Of a stretch of 64,000 bases of DNA, positions 40,278 through 50,588 are shown piece by piece (position 1 is the stretch's first letter; every line of letters begins with the position of its first letter). The notes under the pieces were generated by a model. It searched no databases. It was not told where the DNA came from and saw only the letters and a list, made by a program, of their open reading frames with translations. A program made the position numbers and the translations under genes. Source of the stretch: Pseudomonadota bacterium (GTDB lineage Bacteria > Myxococcota > JACRCW01 > JAFGSX01); contig JBDRCO010000068.1 of assembly GCA_043821645.1 (NCBI GenBank), forward strand, positions 64,001-128,000, read 5' to 3'.

Positions 40278-41060
40278 ATGATGCTGATCATGACAGGTCC
40301 AGACGACCCCCGGGACAGGCCCCCCCGCGCCACGGACGAGGGAGCTGCCACCGTCCACGATGCCGGCCCTGGTCGCAGAAAGACCATGACCTTCAATCTG
40401 CCCGCCGCTGCCTCCGCCATGTCGGCGCAGCTCGGCAAGGTGACAGAGGTTCGCATCGTGAATACGGCCTTCGGGCCAGCCAAACTGCAAGAAGCAGCCA
40501 AGGACAAGCGCTTCATGATCATGCGCAAGCTCGATAGTGCCGTGACCATGGTGCCCTACGTTGACCGCGACATGATAGGCGGTGCCTACTGCGTGGCGCA
40601 GGACAGGGCCATGACCATGGGGCCTGGCGTGATGCGCTACCCAGTGCTCGATGTGATCCCGGCGATCTTTCTCGATCTGCAAAGCCGCACCCTGATCACC
40701 AGCCAGCTCCAGGCGGCTGGCCTGACCCTGCGTTTCCCCGAGGAGGTCGATCTGACCGTCAGCGTCAGGGACGACCTCATGCGCAGCACCCTGGTGTGGT
40801 GCAACCCGGCGGCCTCTGTCTTCACCCTCGAGGGCTTTGTCCACAACCTGTTGTCCGTGCGCGCGAGCCCGCAATTCGAACGCGTCTATCTGATCGAGAT
40901 GCACGACGGCGCGCGCTATATCATGGCCCTTGAGCGCAGCATCGAGAGCGTCATCGAGCTGCATCCGTACTTCCAGCACCTCGACCAGCAGGCCGCGGTT
41001 CGACTGCGCTACCGCGACAGCGACAACACCTGGCTCGCCCCCATGCGCTCTGGAGTCTGA
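40278..41060 (+). CDS. Hypothetical protein
   Basis: GAGG RBS; 260-aa ORF with coding-like codon usage; no recognised motif. Confidence 0.7.
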   Translation: MMLIMTGPDDPRDRPPRATDEGAATVHDAGPGRRKTMTFNLPAAASAMSAQLGKVTEVRIVNTAFGPAKLQEAAKDKRFMIMRKLDSAVTMVPYVDRDMIGGAYCVAQDRAMTMGPGVMRYPVLDVIPAIFLDLQSRTLITSQLQAAGLTLRFPEEVDLTVSVRDDLMRSTLVWCNPAASVFTLEGFVHNLLSVRASPQFERVYLIEMHDGARYIMALERSIESVIELHPYFQHLDQQAAVRLRYRDSDNTWLAPMRSGV

Positions 41061-41090
41061 GCCGGCACCCGCCACGATCTCTCCGCCTGC

Positions 41091-43418
41091 TCAAGCAACG
41101 TCCGGGTCCGCCGACGTGTTCTCCGATTCTCGCCGTCCCGGCGGGAACAGCGTCAGCAGGGCCGGCAGCACCAGCAGATCCGCGACCAGGGCGGTGGCCA
41201 GGGTCACCAGGGTGAGCAGACCGAACATCCGCGTGGGCACGAAGGATGAGGTCATCAGCACCAGCATGCCGCTGCCCAGCACCAGGGTCGTCAGGACCAC
41301 CGCGCGACCGCTGCCCAGCAGGGCGCGCTCGATGATCTCGCGGTTGTCCCCAGGGGCAATGGCTTCCTCGCGGTAGCGCGCCAGGATGTGCACGGTGTCG
41401 TCGACCGCCAGCCCCAGCGAGACCGAAAAGATCACCACGTTGCCAAAGTCCAGGTCGGCGCCGATGAGGCCCATGAAGCCCGAGGTCAGGATCAGGGGCA
41501 GGGCATTGGGGATCACCGACAGCAGGGCCAGCCGCAGCGACCGAAACGCGACGAGCAGGCACAGGAAGATGGCGCCGCCCGCCAGGCACAGGCTCAAGAA
41601 CAGGTCGCGGATCACGATCATGGTGTGGCGCGACACGCTCTCGGCGTCGCCGGTGACGCGCACGATCAGATCCGGACGGCCTGCCATCACCTCGGTGCCG
41701 ATCTGCTCGATGGCCTGCGCCAGCTGCAGCGATTGCCGGCCGCCGATGTCCTGCAAGCGCAGGGTCGTGCGCAGCAGGTGCCCGTCCTCGCCGACCAGGC
41801 CGTGCAGGGGCAGGGGGCGGCCCGACAGCTCGGTCAGCAGCCAGGTCTGGGCCAGGGCCTCGCGCGACGACGGCAGGCGTTCGACCTCGGATCCGCTGAC
41901 GGCCTGGTGCAGGGCGGACAGGATGTCGACGACGCCAAAGGCCGAGTTGACGCCGGGCAGCGTCCGCACCCGCGCCTGCAGGGTGTCCAGCCGACGCAGC
42001 AGATCCGCGTCGAGCAGGGCCTGGCCCTCGCGCGCCTCCAGCACCACGTCCATCCCCAGCACGCCGCCGAGCTGGCGCTCGACCCGCTCCAGCAACTGGC
42101 GGCTGTCGTCGTGTTCCGGGAAGTAGTCGATCAGGTGGATGTCGGCGTGCACCCGCGCATAGCCCAGCGCGGCCGAGCCTGCACCCAGCAACACCACGCC
42201 CAGCAGCACGGCCCGGGGCCAGCGCATGCCCACCCAACCGACGCGCAGGGCCAGGTTCGCCAGCCCTGGCGACGGGGCGACGGCGCCCTTGCCCAGGGGC
42301 AGCAGCGCCAGCAGGGCCGGCAGCAGGGTGAGGATGACCACGAAGGCGAGCACGATGGCCAGGCTGGCCACCAGGCCGAAGCGCCGGATCACCGGGGTCT
42401 GCATGGTGGTCAGGGAGGCAAAACCCGCCGCCGTGGTCAGGCTGGTCAGCAGGCAGGCCAGGGCCAGGTGACGAACCGTCACGGCCAGGGCCTGGGCGGG
42501 CGGCTTGCCCATCGCCAGCTCGTCGCCATGGCGGGCCACCAGGTGTAGAGCGTCGCTGAAAGCGATGATCAGGATCAGCACCGGCAGCATCTGGTTGACG
42601 ATGTCCACCGGTGTGCCCGTGGCCACTCCGGCGGCCACGCCGATCAGGGTGGCCACGACCACCGCGATCATGGGTGGCACCGCTCGCCGCAGACTGCGCA
42701 GCACCAGCAACAGGGCCAGGGCCACCACCAGCGCGGTCACCGGCGTGTAGCGCATCTGGTCGGCGATGAGCGTGCGCACGATGTTGACGCGCACGAAGGG
42801 CACGCCGGCCAGGCCAAGCCGCAGCCCGGGCGGCGCTGCATGGTCGCGCAGCCAGGCCTCTATCTCCTCGACCACGGCTGTGAGTTCTTCGACCCGGCGA
42901 TGGCTGTCCGCGACCGCCAGGATGAGCACATTCATGCGGCCGTCCGCCGACACCAGACGGCCCTGCAACAAGGGGTGCGCGCGCAGGGCAGCCCCATCCA
43001 GCTGCCGACCCTCGATCAGCTCCAGGCTGTCGTCCCGGGACACGGGCAGCAGCGCGCTATCCGCGCTCACCACCTCCAGCGCGAAGGGCCGCCCGCGCAG
43101 CTCGCTGGCCAGGCGTTCCAGGTGGCTCCGCGCGGCCGGGGACACAGCCCCGTCGGGCTCGGCGTGCTCGGCGACCACGAACAGCAGGTTGTCGCCGCGG
43201 CCAAAGGCCTGGATGCTGCGCTGCCAAAAGCGCGTGCGCGGGTCCCCGTCGTCGAGCTCGAACAGGTTCTGGGGTGAAAAATCAAAGCGGGTCTGCAACA
43301 CCTGCCACGAGGCCCAGGCCACGGCCAGGGCCGCGGCGAGCAGGATCTTCAGGCGATGCCGCTGGACCCAGGTCGGTTGCACGAGACTGCTGGTAGAGAA
43401 AGGGCAGGGTGGCGTCAA
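41091..43418 (-). CDS. MMPL/RND-superfamily membrane transporter
   Basis: Two repeats of periplasmic domain + TM bundle; AFSDALH, GLAVDDTVH, LTTAAGFASL. Confidence 0.9.
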   Translation of the reverse strand: MTPPCPFSTSSLVQPTWVQRHRLKILLAAALAVAWASWQVLQTRFDFSPQNLFELDDGDPRTRFWQRSIQAFGRGDNLLFVVAEHAEPDGAVSPAARSHLERLASELRGRPFALEVVSADSALLPVSRDDSLELIEGRQLDGAALRAHPLLQGRLVSADGRMNVLILAVADSHRRVEELTAVVEEIEAWLRDHAAPPGLRLGLAGVPFVRVNIVRTLIADQMRYTPVTALVVALALLLVLRSLRRAVPPMIAVVVATLIGVAAGVATGTPVDIVNQMLPVLILIIAFSDALHLVARHGDELAMGKPPAQALAVTVRHLALACLLTSLTTAAGFASLTTMQTPVIRRFGLVASLAIVLAFVVILTLLPALLALLPLGKGAVAPSPGLANLALRVGWVGMRWPRAVLLGVVLLGAGSAALGYARVHADIHLIDYFPEHDDSRQLLERVERQLGGVLGMDVVLEAREGQALLDADLLRRLDTLQARVRTLPGVNSAFGVVDILSALHQAVSGSEVERLPSSREALAQTWLLTELSGRPLPLHGLVGEDGHLLRTTLRLQDIGGRQSLQLAQAIEQIGTEVMAGRPDLIVRVTGDAESVSRHTMIVIRDLFLSLCLAGGAIFLCLLVAFRSLRLALLSVIPNALPLILTSGFMGLIGADLDFGNVVIFSVSLGLAVDDTVHILARYREEAIAPGDNREIIERALLGSGRAVVLTTLVLGSGMLVLMTSSFVPTRMFGLLTLVTLATALVADLLVLPALLTLFPPGRRESENTSADPDVA

Positions 43419-43492
43419 GCGACGCGTCTCATCAGGTGCGCGCGCCGGACGTCAGATCTACACTGGCATCCCCCCGCACTGGAGGCCCCACC

Positions 43493-44365
43493 ATGCGCAT
43501 GCGTCCCACGATCCTCGTCGTCGCCCTGCTGGTCGCTGGTTGCGGCGACCCCGCGCCGCTCAAGCCCTACCTGACGCGCTTTGACAGGCCGCTACACATC
43601 TCGCACCAGGGTGGGGCCGACGTGTTTCCGTCCAACACCCTGCTGGCCTACGAGTACGCGCGCTACCTGTACGACACCGACGTGCTCGAGATCGACGTGC
43701 ACCGCACGGCCGACGGTGTGCTGGTGGTGCTGCACGACGACACCGTGGATCGCACCACCGACGGCAGCGGCCGTGTGCGCGACATGGATCTGGACGTGCT
43801 GCGCAGCCTGGACGCCGGCTACCGCTTCAGTACCGACGACGGCCAGAGCTTTCCCTATCGTGGCCAGGGGCTGGTCATCCCGACCTTGTCCGAGATCTTT
43901 CAGGCCTTTCCTGACGTGCTCACCAACATCGAGATCAAGCAGCTGGATCCTCCCATCGAGGAGGATCTGGTGCGCCTGATCCGCGAGTTTCGCGTGGTTG
44001 GCACTGTCTGCCTCGGATCCTTTGACGACGCCAGCGCCGAGCACCTGCGCGATCTGCTGCCCGAGGCCTGCCACTACGCACCCGAGGACATGGCGACGCA
44101 GTTCTACGCCTCCACCCGGGTCAGCCTGGGTGGGGTCTTCCCGCTACCCGTGGACGCGCTGGCTCTGCCAACCACCTCGGCCGGGCTCGACGTGCTGGAT
44201 CCGGGCCTGTTGAACGCGGCGCACGACCGCGGCGTGCACGTTTGGGCGTGGACCATCAATACCCGCGACGAGATGAAGCGCCTGCTGGATCTGGGCATCG
44301 ACGGCATCATGACCGACAGGCCCGACCTGCTCGATGAGGAGATGAGCGAGCAAGGCTTGCGCTGA
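43493..44365 (+). CDS. Glycerophosphodiester phosphodiesterase lipoprotein
   Basis: Lipobox VAGC; SHQGG..PSNT, EIDV, HDDTVDRTT, NIEIK, WTIN, IMTDRP. Confidence 0.93.
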   Translation: MRMRPTILVVALLVAGCGDPAPLKPYLTRFDRPLHISHQGGADVFPSNTLLAYEYARYLYDTDVLEIDVHRTADGVLVVLHDDTVDRTTDGSGRVRDMDLDVLRSLDAGYRFSTDDGQSFPYRGQGLVIPTLSEIFQAFPDVLTNIEIKQLDPPIEEDLVRLIREFRVVGTVCLGSFDDASAEHLRDLLPEACHYAPEDMATQFYASTRVSLGGVFPLPVDALALPTTSAGLDVLDPGLLNAAHDRGVHVWAWTINTRDEMKRLLDLGIDGIMTDRPDLLDEEMSEQGLR

Positions 44366-44413
44366 CACCTGGCGCGAGGGTCTGACACGGCGACGGGCCG
44401 TGCCGTTGGTCCC

Positions 44414-44450
44414 AAAAAAAACGACCGACCCGGGAGTCCCAGGTCGGTCG
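44414..44450 (-). terminator. Rho-independent terminator of the Gly/Met-rich gene
   Basis: CGACCGACC/GGTCGGTCG stem followed by T8 on the minus strand. Confidence 0.85.
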
Positions 44451-44485
44451 CGTCGGTCTATGCGTTCACACCGTGCGGGTTGCGA

Positions 44486-44707
44486 CTACTGCCCACCACC
44501 CATGATGCCGCCTAGCAGACCCTGAATCATCTGCATCGGATTGAAGTTCTTGAGCATGTCCATGGGGCCGCCGCCGCCGCCGCCCTCACCGCCACCGCCC
44601 ATCAGGCCGCCGAGGACTTTCTGGAGCATCTTCATGGGGTTCAGCATATCCATGATGCCGCCGCCCTTGCCACCGCCCATGATTCCGCCAACCAGCTTGT
44701 CGATCAT
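44486..44707 (-). CDS. 73-aa Gly/Met-rich repeat protein
   Basis: GGAGG RBS, own terminator, two internal MDML..NPM.M.Q..LGG.MGGG repeats. Confidence 0.8.
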   Translation of the reverse strand: MIDKLVGGIMGGGKGGGIMDMLNPMKMLQKVLGGLMGGGGEGGGGGGPMDMLKNFNPMQMIQGLLGGIMGGGQ

Positions 44708-45010
44708 AACGTCCTCCGCAGGGGTGTTAGGTTGTGTGTGCCCTGTCTGAGCATATTGTCGGCACCGGACCGGGGGGGTTGCTTCGATCATCCCGGCATC
44801 GGTCGATTGACCGACCCCCAGTATCACCAAAACGGCAGCCTCTGTGCTAGGCGTCACACCGCGCTTGATTCCAGGGGGGTATTGAGGCGAGCATAGCAGC
44901 CCTCCTCGCGGGTTGGCAGGTGGTGCACAGGGCGCCACAGGCTTGCTCCACAGAGGCAGCAGGGGTCCTTAGCGTCGCCAGACCGCGGTCCAGGCGACCC
45001 AGGTGAACAC

Positions 45011-45457
45011 ATGGCAGGCAGCGCAGACAACAACATCGCCACCTCGATCACGAACATCATGCTGACCAAGAACAAGGACGGCTCGCTCAAGTACTCCAAG
45101 CTAGAGCGCCGCGACTTCGGCGTGTGGTGCGTGCTCAACCTGGGCTTGCCCGTCACGCCGGAGATCCAGCCCGTGATGCTCGAGTTCATGGCCCAGTTCG
45201 AGATGCCCGAGGAAACCACCGACCAGGAGGCCGCAGCCGCGGTGGAGAACTACTTCAAGGAGAATCCTCTGAACGAGGACCTGGTCGGCGCCATAGCGTC
45301 CTGGGGCCGCAAGGAGATGCTGTCCGGCGAGCACGGCTACAAGGACCGCGGCGAGCAGCTGGCAGCCCTGCGCCAGGTGGGCAAGGCGGATCCCCTGAGC
45401 GCCCCTGAAGATAAGCCGCAGCCGAAGAAGCCCAAGGTCAAGAGCGGGCTCAAATAG
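45011..45457 (+). CDS. Hypothetical protein
   Basis: 148-aa ORF with strong GC3 bias and AGGT RBS. Confidence 0.75.
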   Translation: MAGSADNNIATSITNIMLTKNKDGSLKYSKLERRDFGVWCVLNLGLPVTPEIQPVMLEFMAQFEMPEETTDQEAAAAVENYFKENPLNEDLVGAIASWGRKEMLSGEHGYKDRGEQLAALRQVGKADPLSAPEDKPQPKKPKVKSGLK

Positions 45458-45702
45458 TCCATCCGTCTCTCTTCGTCACCCCAGACTCCTCGCGCAGCGC
45501 GTGCCACGGGCAGCAGTGCGGCTGTATGTCCGGTTTCCGGACTCAGGAACGACGCTGCATACCGCCTGTGACCGAGCCCTGAAACCTTGCTGAAAATGTG
45601 ACGACCCCGTGACAAGGGTGCGGGGTGCCTCCCTATATTCGCCTGCACGGACCCCGTCATGCGCGCGCTCGATGCCGCGCCGCACCACAGAATGGACCTC
45701 GC

Positions 45703-46728
45703 ATGAAGGCTCGAGATCGCTTTGTCGCTGCCTGCCGCTTCGAGAAGGTCGACCGTCCGCCGGTGTGGCTGATGCGCCAGGCCGGGCGCTACCTGCCCGA
45801 GTACCGCGACCTGCGCCAGCAACACAGCTTCTGGGACATGGTGCGCACCCCGGCCCTGGCCATCGAGGCCACCATGCAGCCCATCCGTCGCTATGGCATG
45901 GACGCGGGCATCCTGTTCAGCGACATCCTACCCATTCTCGACGCGATGGGCGCCCAGGTGGCCTTTCATGAGGGCGGGCCCGTCATCGGAAAGACCGTGC
46001 GGAGCGCCGCGGACCTGGCCGCGCTCAAGCCCTTTGTGGCCTCGCGCGACCTGCCTTACGTGGGCGAGGCGGTGCGCGGCCTGTGTGAGCAGCTGCACCC
46101 CGAGCGCGCGCTCATCGGCTTTTCGGGCGCCCCCCTGACCCTGGCGGCCTACCTGATCGAGGGCAAGGGCTCCAAGGACCTCAAGCAGCTCAAGACCCTG
46201 GCTTACCGGGAGCCCGCACTGGTTCACAAGCTACTTCAGCTTCTGGCTGAAGGTGTGGCTGATCTCTTGTCTTTTCAGATTGAGTGCGGTGTCGACGCGG
46301 TGCAGGTCTTTGACACCTGGGCTGGCCTGTTGACCCCCGAGGACTATCGGAGCCTGGCGCTGCCCTACCAGCGCCTGGTGGTCGAGCTGCTCAAGGACAA
46401 AGGCGTACCTGTCATCCTTTACATGCGCGGCTACGCCAGCAACCTCGAGGATGCGGTGAGCACGGGCGCCGATGTGCTGTCGCTGGACACCTCGGTGGAC
46501 CTGGGCCAGGTGCGCACGCGCCTCGGCACCCGGGTGGCCCTGCAGGGCAACCTGGACCCCATCGCGCTGTTCGCCCCGGTCGAGAGCGTGGTCGAGCGCA
46601 CGCGCAGCCTCATCGAGGGCAGTCTGGGCCAGGGCCATATCCTCAACCTGGGGCAAGGACTGGTGCCCGAAACACCGGTCGAGGGCGTGGCGGCCTTCGT
46701 CAACACGGCTCAGGAGTACGGCGCATGA
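45703..46728 (+). CDS. hemE: Uroporphyrinogen decarboxylase
   Basis: PVWLMRQAGRYLPEY, ILFSDIL, QGNLDP. Confidence 0.96.
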   Translation: MKARDRFVAACRFEKVDRPPVWLMRQAGRYLPEYRDLRQQHSFWDMVRTPALAIEATMQPIRRYGMDAGILFSDILPILDAMGAQVAFHEGGPVIGKTVRSAADLAALKPFVASRDLPYVGEAVRGLCEQLHPERALIGFSGAPLTLAAYLIEGKGSKDLKQLKTLAYREPALVHKLLQLLAEGVADLLSFQIECGVDAVQVFDTWAGLLTPEDYRSLALPYQRLVVELLKDKGVPVILYMRGYASNLEDAVSTGADVLSLDTSVDLGQVRTRLGTRVALQGNLDPIALFAPVESVVERTRSLIEGSLGQGHILNLGQGLVPETPVEGVAAFVNTAQEYGA

Positions 46729-48158
46729 GCCAGCCCAGCAGCGCGACGAAAGGGGCCGCTAGCGGCGTGCCCACGGCGGGCGATTTTCGCTTTGTGGACC
46801 CGGTCCTGCGCGCCAAGTACGACGTGCGTGGGCCGCGCTACACCAGCTATCCGCCGGCCACCCACTTCGCACCGCTCAAACCCGAGCAGGTCCAGCAGTG
46901 CTACAGCGAGCGCAATGCCCTGGACCCGGATCCCGGGCTGTCGCTGTACGTGCATGTTCCTTTCTGCAAGGCCCGCTGCCTGTTCTGCGCCTGCCACACC
47001 TTGACCGGCGGCCAGGCCAAGGGTGCGGACAGCTACGTGGCAGCCTTGATCCGAGACATGAAGCTCGCGGCCGATTGGGTGAATCCAGCGCGGCCGGTGC
47101 GCCAGGTCGCCTTTGGCGGCGGCACACCCAATTTCCTCACGGTGGAGGAGACGGACTACCTGCTGGATGCGCTCGAGGCGCAGTGGAGTGTGGCCGAGGG
47201 CGCCGAGCTGTCCGCCGAGATAGACCCGCGCCAGTCCACGCCCGAGAAGCTGGACGCCTTCCTGCGCCACGGCTTCAACCGGTTTTCACTGGGCATCCAG
47301 GACTTCAACCACGAGGTCATCGACCGCGTGCGCCGCGGCACCGACGAGATGAAGGTGGAAGAGGTTGTCGAGCACCTGCGCGGTCGTGGCTGCCAGGAGA
47401 TCAACTTCGACTTCATCTATGGCCTGCCCGGCCAGAGCGTCGACACCGCACGCGCCACCGCCCGCCAAGCCGTGGCCTTCGGGCCCACCCGCATCGCCCT
47501 GTACAGCTACGCCCACGTGCCCTGGCTGTACAAGCACCAGGAAGCCCTGGCCCGGGCGGGGCTGCCCGAGCCGGACCTCAAGGCTTCGATCTTTTTGGCC
47601 ATGACCGACGTGTTTAGCGAGGCCGGCTACATCTCGATAGGTATGGACCATTTTGCGCTGCCCCAGGACAGGCTGGCCAAGGCCGCGGTGTCGCGCACCC
47701 TGCGGCGCAATTTCATGGGCTACACCACCGGCCGCGGGCTCGACATCCTGGGCTTTGGCGCCTCGGCAATTTCTTCTGTGGGGCGGTGTTACGCGCAAAA
47801 CATCAAGGACATTGACAGCTATCGCAGCAGCCTGCTGACAGGCCAGCGGCCCCTCGAGCGCGGCTACCTGCTGGACACGGATGACCTGATCCGGCGCGAG
47901 CTCCTGCTCGAGCTGTTCTGCAACTTCCACGTCGACCTGCGCGCGCTGGAGACGCAGTTTGGCATCGACGCACAGACCTACTTTGCCCAGGACCTGCGCA
48001 AGCTGGACGCACTGGCCCAGGACGGTCTGGTCACCTGGAACCGTGACGCGATAGATGTCACCGAACTTGGAAGACTTTTCGTACGCAATGTGTGCATGAC
48101 CTTTGACCGCCACCTGGAAAATGACCCCGGGCGGCGCATGTACTCGAAGACGGTGTGA
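46725..48158 (+). CDS. hemN: Oxygen-independent coproporphyrinogen III oxidase
   Basis: GPRYTSYP, CKARCLFCAC, GGGTP, IGMDHFA, RNFMGY. Confidence 0.95.
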   Translation: MSQPSSATKGAASGVPTAGDFRFVDPVLRAKYDVRGPRYTSYPPATHFAPLKPEQVQQCYSERNALDPDPGLSLYVHVPFCKARCLFCACHTLTGGQAKGADSYVAALIRDMKLAADWVNPARPVRQVAFGGGTPNFLTVEETDYLLDALEAQWSVAEGAELSAEIDPRQSTPEKLDAFLRHGFNRFSLGIQDFNHEVIDRVRRGTDEMKVEEVVEHLRGRGCQEINFDFIYGLPGQSVDTARATARQAVAFGPTRIALYSYAHVPWLYKHQEALARAGLPEPDLKASIFLAMTDVFSEAGYISIGMDHFALPQDRLAKAAVSRTLRRNFMGYTTGRGLDILGFGASAISSVGRCYAQNIKDIDSYRSSLLTGQRPLERGYLLDTDDLIRRELLLELFCNFHVDLRALETQFGIDAQTYFAQDLRKLDALAQDGLVTWNRDAIDVTELGRLFVRNVCMTFDRHLENDPGRRMYSKTV

Positions 48159-49177
48159 TGGCAGCCACTCTTGGCATCGCGTTGACAAACATGGGCGGGC
48201 CGGCGGACCTGGCCGGGATAGAGCCGTTTTTGTTCAACCTGCTGGCGGATCCCGCGATGCTGGGCATGCCAGGCTGGATTCGGCGCCCCCTGGCAGGCTT
48301 GATCGCGCGCCGTCGGGCACCCCGGGTGGTCGAGCGCTACCGGCTCATCGGCGGCGGCAGTCCGGTGGTGAGGGGCAGCGAGCAGCAGGCCGCGGCGGTC
48401 GAGCAGGCGCTCGGTGGGCGAGCGCTGGTGCGTGCGGTGATGCGCTACACCGAGCCCCGGGCCGAGGTTGTGCTAGACGCGATGCGAAAGGCAGGGGTGA
48501 GGCGGCTGATCGCGCTGCCCGCCTATCCGCAGTACTCGTGTACCACCACTGGATCCTCGGTCGACGAGCTGCGCGTGGCCGCGGCGGCGCGCGGTCTCGA
48601 GCTGCAGGCGGGCGAGGCCTATGCCACGGCGCCTGGCTACATCGACGCCCTGGCCGCAGGCGCGGTGCCTTGGGTGAATCCGGGTTGCCACGTGCTGATG
48701 ACCGCGCACGGCTTGCCCGAGCGCGTGATCCGGGCCGGGGACCCCTATCGCGACCAGGTGCAGCAGACCGCCGAAGCCCTGGCCCTCAGGCTCCCCGAGG
48801 GCACGCCGTGGAGCCTGGCCTTCCAGAGCCGGCTCGGGCCGGTCAAGTGGCTCACGCCCTATGTCGAGGACGAGGTGGCCAGGCTGGCGGCGCAGGGTTG
48901 CCAGGCTCTGCTCACCGTGCCCCTGACCTTTGCGGTGGAGAATCTGGAGACCCTGTACGACCTGGACAGGGTCGCAGCCGAACAGGCGGGCCGGCTGGGA
49001 ATTGCCTGGTACCACCGGGCACCCGCGCCGGGCTGCCACCCGCGCTTCATCGAGGCCCTGGCCGAGGTGGCCAGGAGCGCGGCCGGACGCGCCGGGTGGT
49101 CGGATCTGTCGTCGAGCGCCAGCGCCGCGAGCCGCCCCGGGGCCGCTGCAAGCGAGGAGATTTCTCATGCAGGTTGA
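48158..49177 (+). CDS. hemH: Ferrochelatase
   Basis: NMGGP, YPQYS.TTTGS, TAHGLP, FQSRLGPVKWLTP, ENLETLYDLD. Confidence 0.95.
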   Translation: MAATLGIALTNMGGPADLAGIEPFLFNLLADPAMLGMPGWIRRPLAGLIARRRAPRVVERYRLIGGGSPVVRGSEQQAAAVEQALGGRALVRAVMRYTEPRAEVVLDAMRKAGVRRLIALPAYPQYSCTTTGSSVDELRVAAAARGLELQAGEAYATAPGYIDALAAGAVPWVNPGCHVLMTAHGLPERVIRAGDPYRDQVQQTAEALALRLPEGTPWSLAFQSRLGPVKWLTPYVEDEVARLAAQGCQALLTVPLTFAVENLETLYDLDRVAAEQAGRLGIAWYHRAPAPGCHPRFIEALAEVARSAAGRAGWSDLSSSASAASRPGAAASEEISHAG

Positions 49178-50588
49178 TGTGGTGGTGGTGGGGGGCGGCA
49201 TCGCGGGTCTAGCCGCGGCCTGGAGGCTGCACTGCCGCGGCATCGATGTGCTGGTGCTGGAGAGCGAGAGCGAGGCTGGGGGCAACATCCGCAGCGCCGA
49301 GGTCGAGGGTTTCAGGCTGGAGCGGGGGCCCCACAACTTCATGGCCTCGGCCGAGGATGTGTTCACCCTGGCCAGCGAGGTCGAGATCGACGACGAGATC
49401 GTGCCCACCTCGGCGGCGGCGGAGGCGCGCTTCATCGTGCGCGGTGGTCGCCTGCACCAGGTTCCCTCGGGGCTGTGGTCGGGCCTGACCACGGGCCTGC
49501 TCAGCTTTGGCGCCAAGCTCAAGCTGGCCACCGAGCCCTTCCGGCTGCAGCGTGGCCAGCCCGACGACACGGCCAAGCAGTTCTTCGATCGGCGCTTTGG
49601 TGAGGAGGCCTCGCGCATGCTGGCGGGAGCCTTCATCAACGGCGTGTATGCCGGGGATCCGGCCATCCTCTCGGCACCGGCCGCATTCCCGCTGTTCTGG
49701 GGCTTCGAGCAGGAGACCGGCAGCATGGTGCGCGGCATGATGCGGCTGCAAAAGAGCCGGGCCGCGGCACGCAAGGCGCTGGGCGAGCAGGCTCCACCCA
49801 GGCGCTCGGGCCTGTACTCGATGCGGCTGGGCCTGGGTCAGCTCACCGGGGCCATTGCGCGCAAGCTGGGCGCGCGGGTGCGCACGAACCACCCGGTGAC
49901 CGGGCTGCAGCGCACTGCGACCGGCTGGGCGGTGCGGGTCCACAATCAGATCATCGACTGCCGGCGCCTGGTGCTGGCGTGCCCGCCACCGCAGGCCGCC
50001 CGGCTGCTGACGGGTATCGACGACGGCATGGCGAGGTCGCTGCGCGAGATCCCCATGGCCAAGGTGGCCATGATCTGCCTCGGCTATCGCCAGCGCCTGG
50101 GCGAGGTGCCCGACGGCTACGGCTTTTTGGCCCCGCGCGGCGAGGGCTGCAGGCTGCTGGGGGTGCTGTTCCCGTCGCGGCTGTTCGATGGCCGCACGCC
50201 CAAGGGTGGCGATCTGCTGGCGGCCTTTGTCGGCGGCATGCTCGACGCCGAAGCGCTGGAGCTCGACGACGCGGCCCTGACTCGCCTGGTGAGAGACGAC
50301 CTGAAGAAGCTGCTGGAGCTCGACGCCGAGCCGTCGATGGTGCGCGTGGCCCGCTATCCGGCGGCCATTCCGCAGCTTGTGCGCGGTCACCTGGAACGCG
50401 TGGTCGAGCTGCGCCAGCGTGCGCGGACGCTCGGTTCGCTGTGGCTCGCCGGTAACTATCTGCACGGTGTCGGGATCAAGGACGCGGTGCGTTCGGGCTT
50501 CGAGGTGGCGCTGGACCTGGCCGAGCACGATCCCGTGGCTGCCACGCCCGCCCGGCCGACGCTGATCCTGCAGGAGGTCCGCCCATGA
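49167..50588 (+). CDS. hemY: Protoporphyrinogen oxidase, HemY type
   Basis: VVGGGIAGLAAA FAD motif, ERGP, GVYAGDP, AIPQ, AGNY..GVGI. Confidence 0.93.
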   Translation: MQVDVVVVGGGIAGLAAAWRLHCRGIDVLVLESESEAGGNIRSAEVEGFRLERGPHNFMASAEDVFTLASEVEIDDEIVPTSAAAEARFIVRGGRLHQVPSGLWSGLTTGLLSFGAKLKLATEPFRLQRGQPDDTAKQFFDRRFGEEASRMLAGAFINGVYAGDPAILSAPAAFPLFWGFEQETGSMVRGMMRLQKSRAAARKALGEQAPPRRSGLYSMRLGLGQLTGAIARKLGARVRTNHPVTGLQRTATGWAVRVHNQIIDCRRLVLACPPPQAARLLTGIDDGMARSLREIPMAKVAMICLGYRQRLGEVPDGYGFLAPRGEGCRLLGVLFPSRLFDGRTPKGGDLLAAFVGGMLDAEALELDDAALTRLVRDDLKKLLELDAEPSMVRVARYPAAIPQLVRGHLERVVELRQRARTLGSLWLAGNYLHGVGIKDAVRSGFEVALDLAEHDPVAATPARPTLILQEVRP

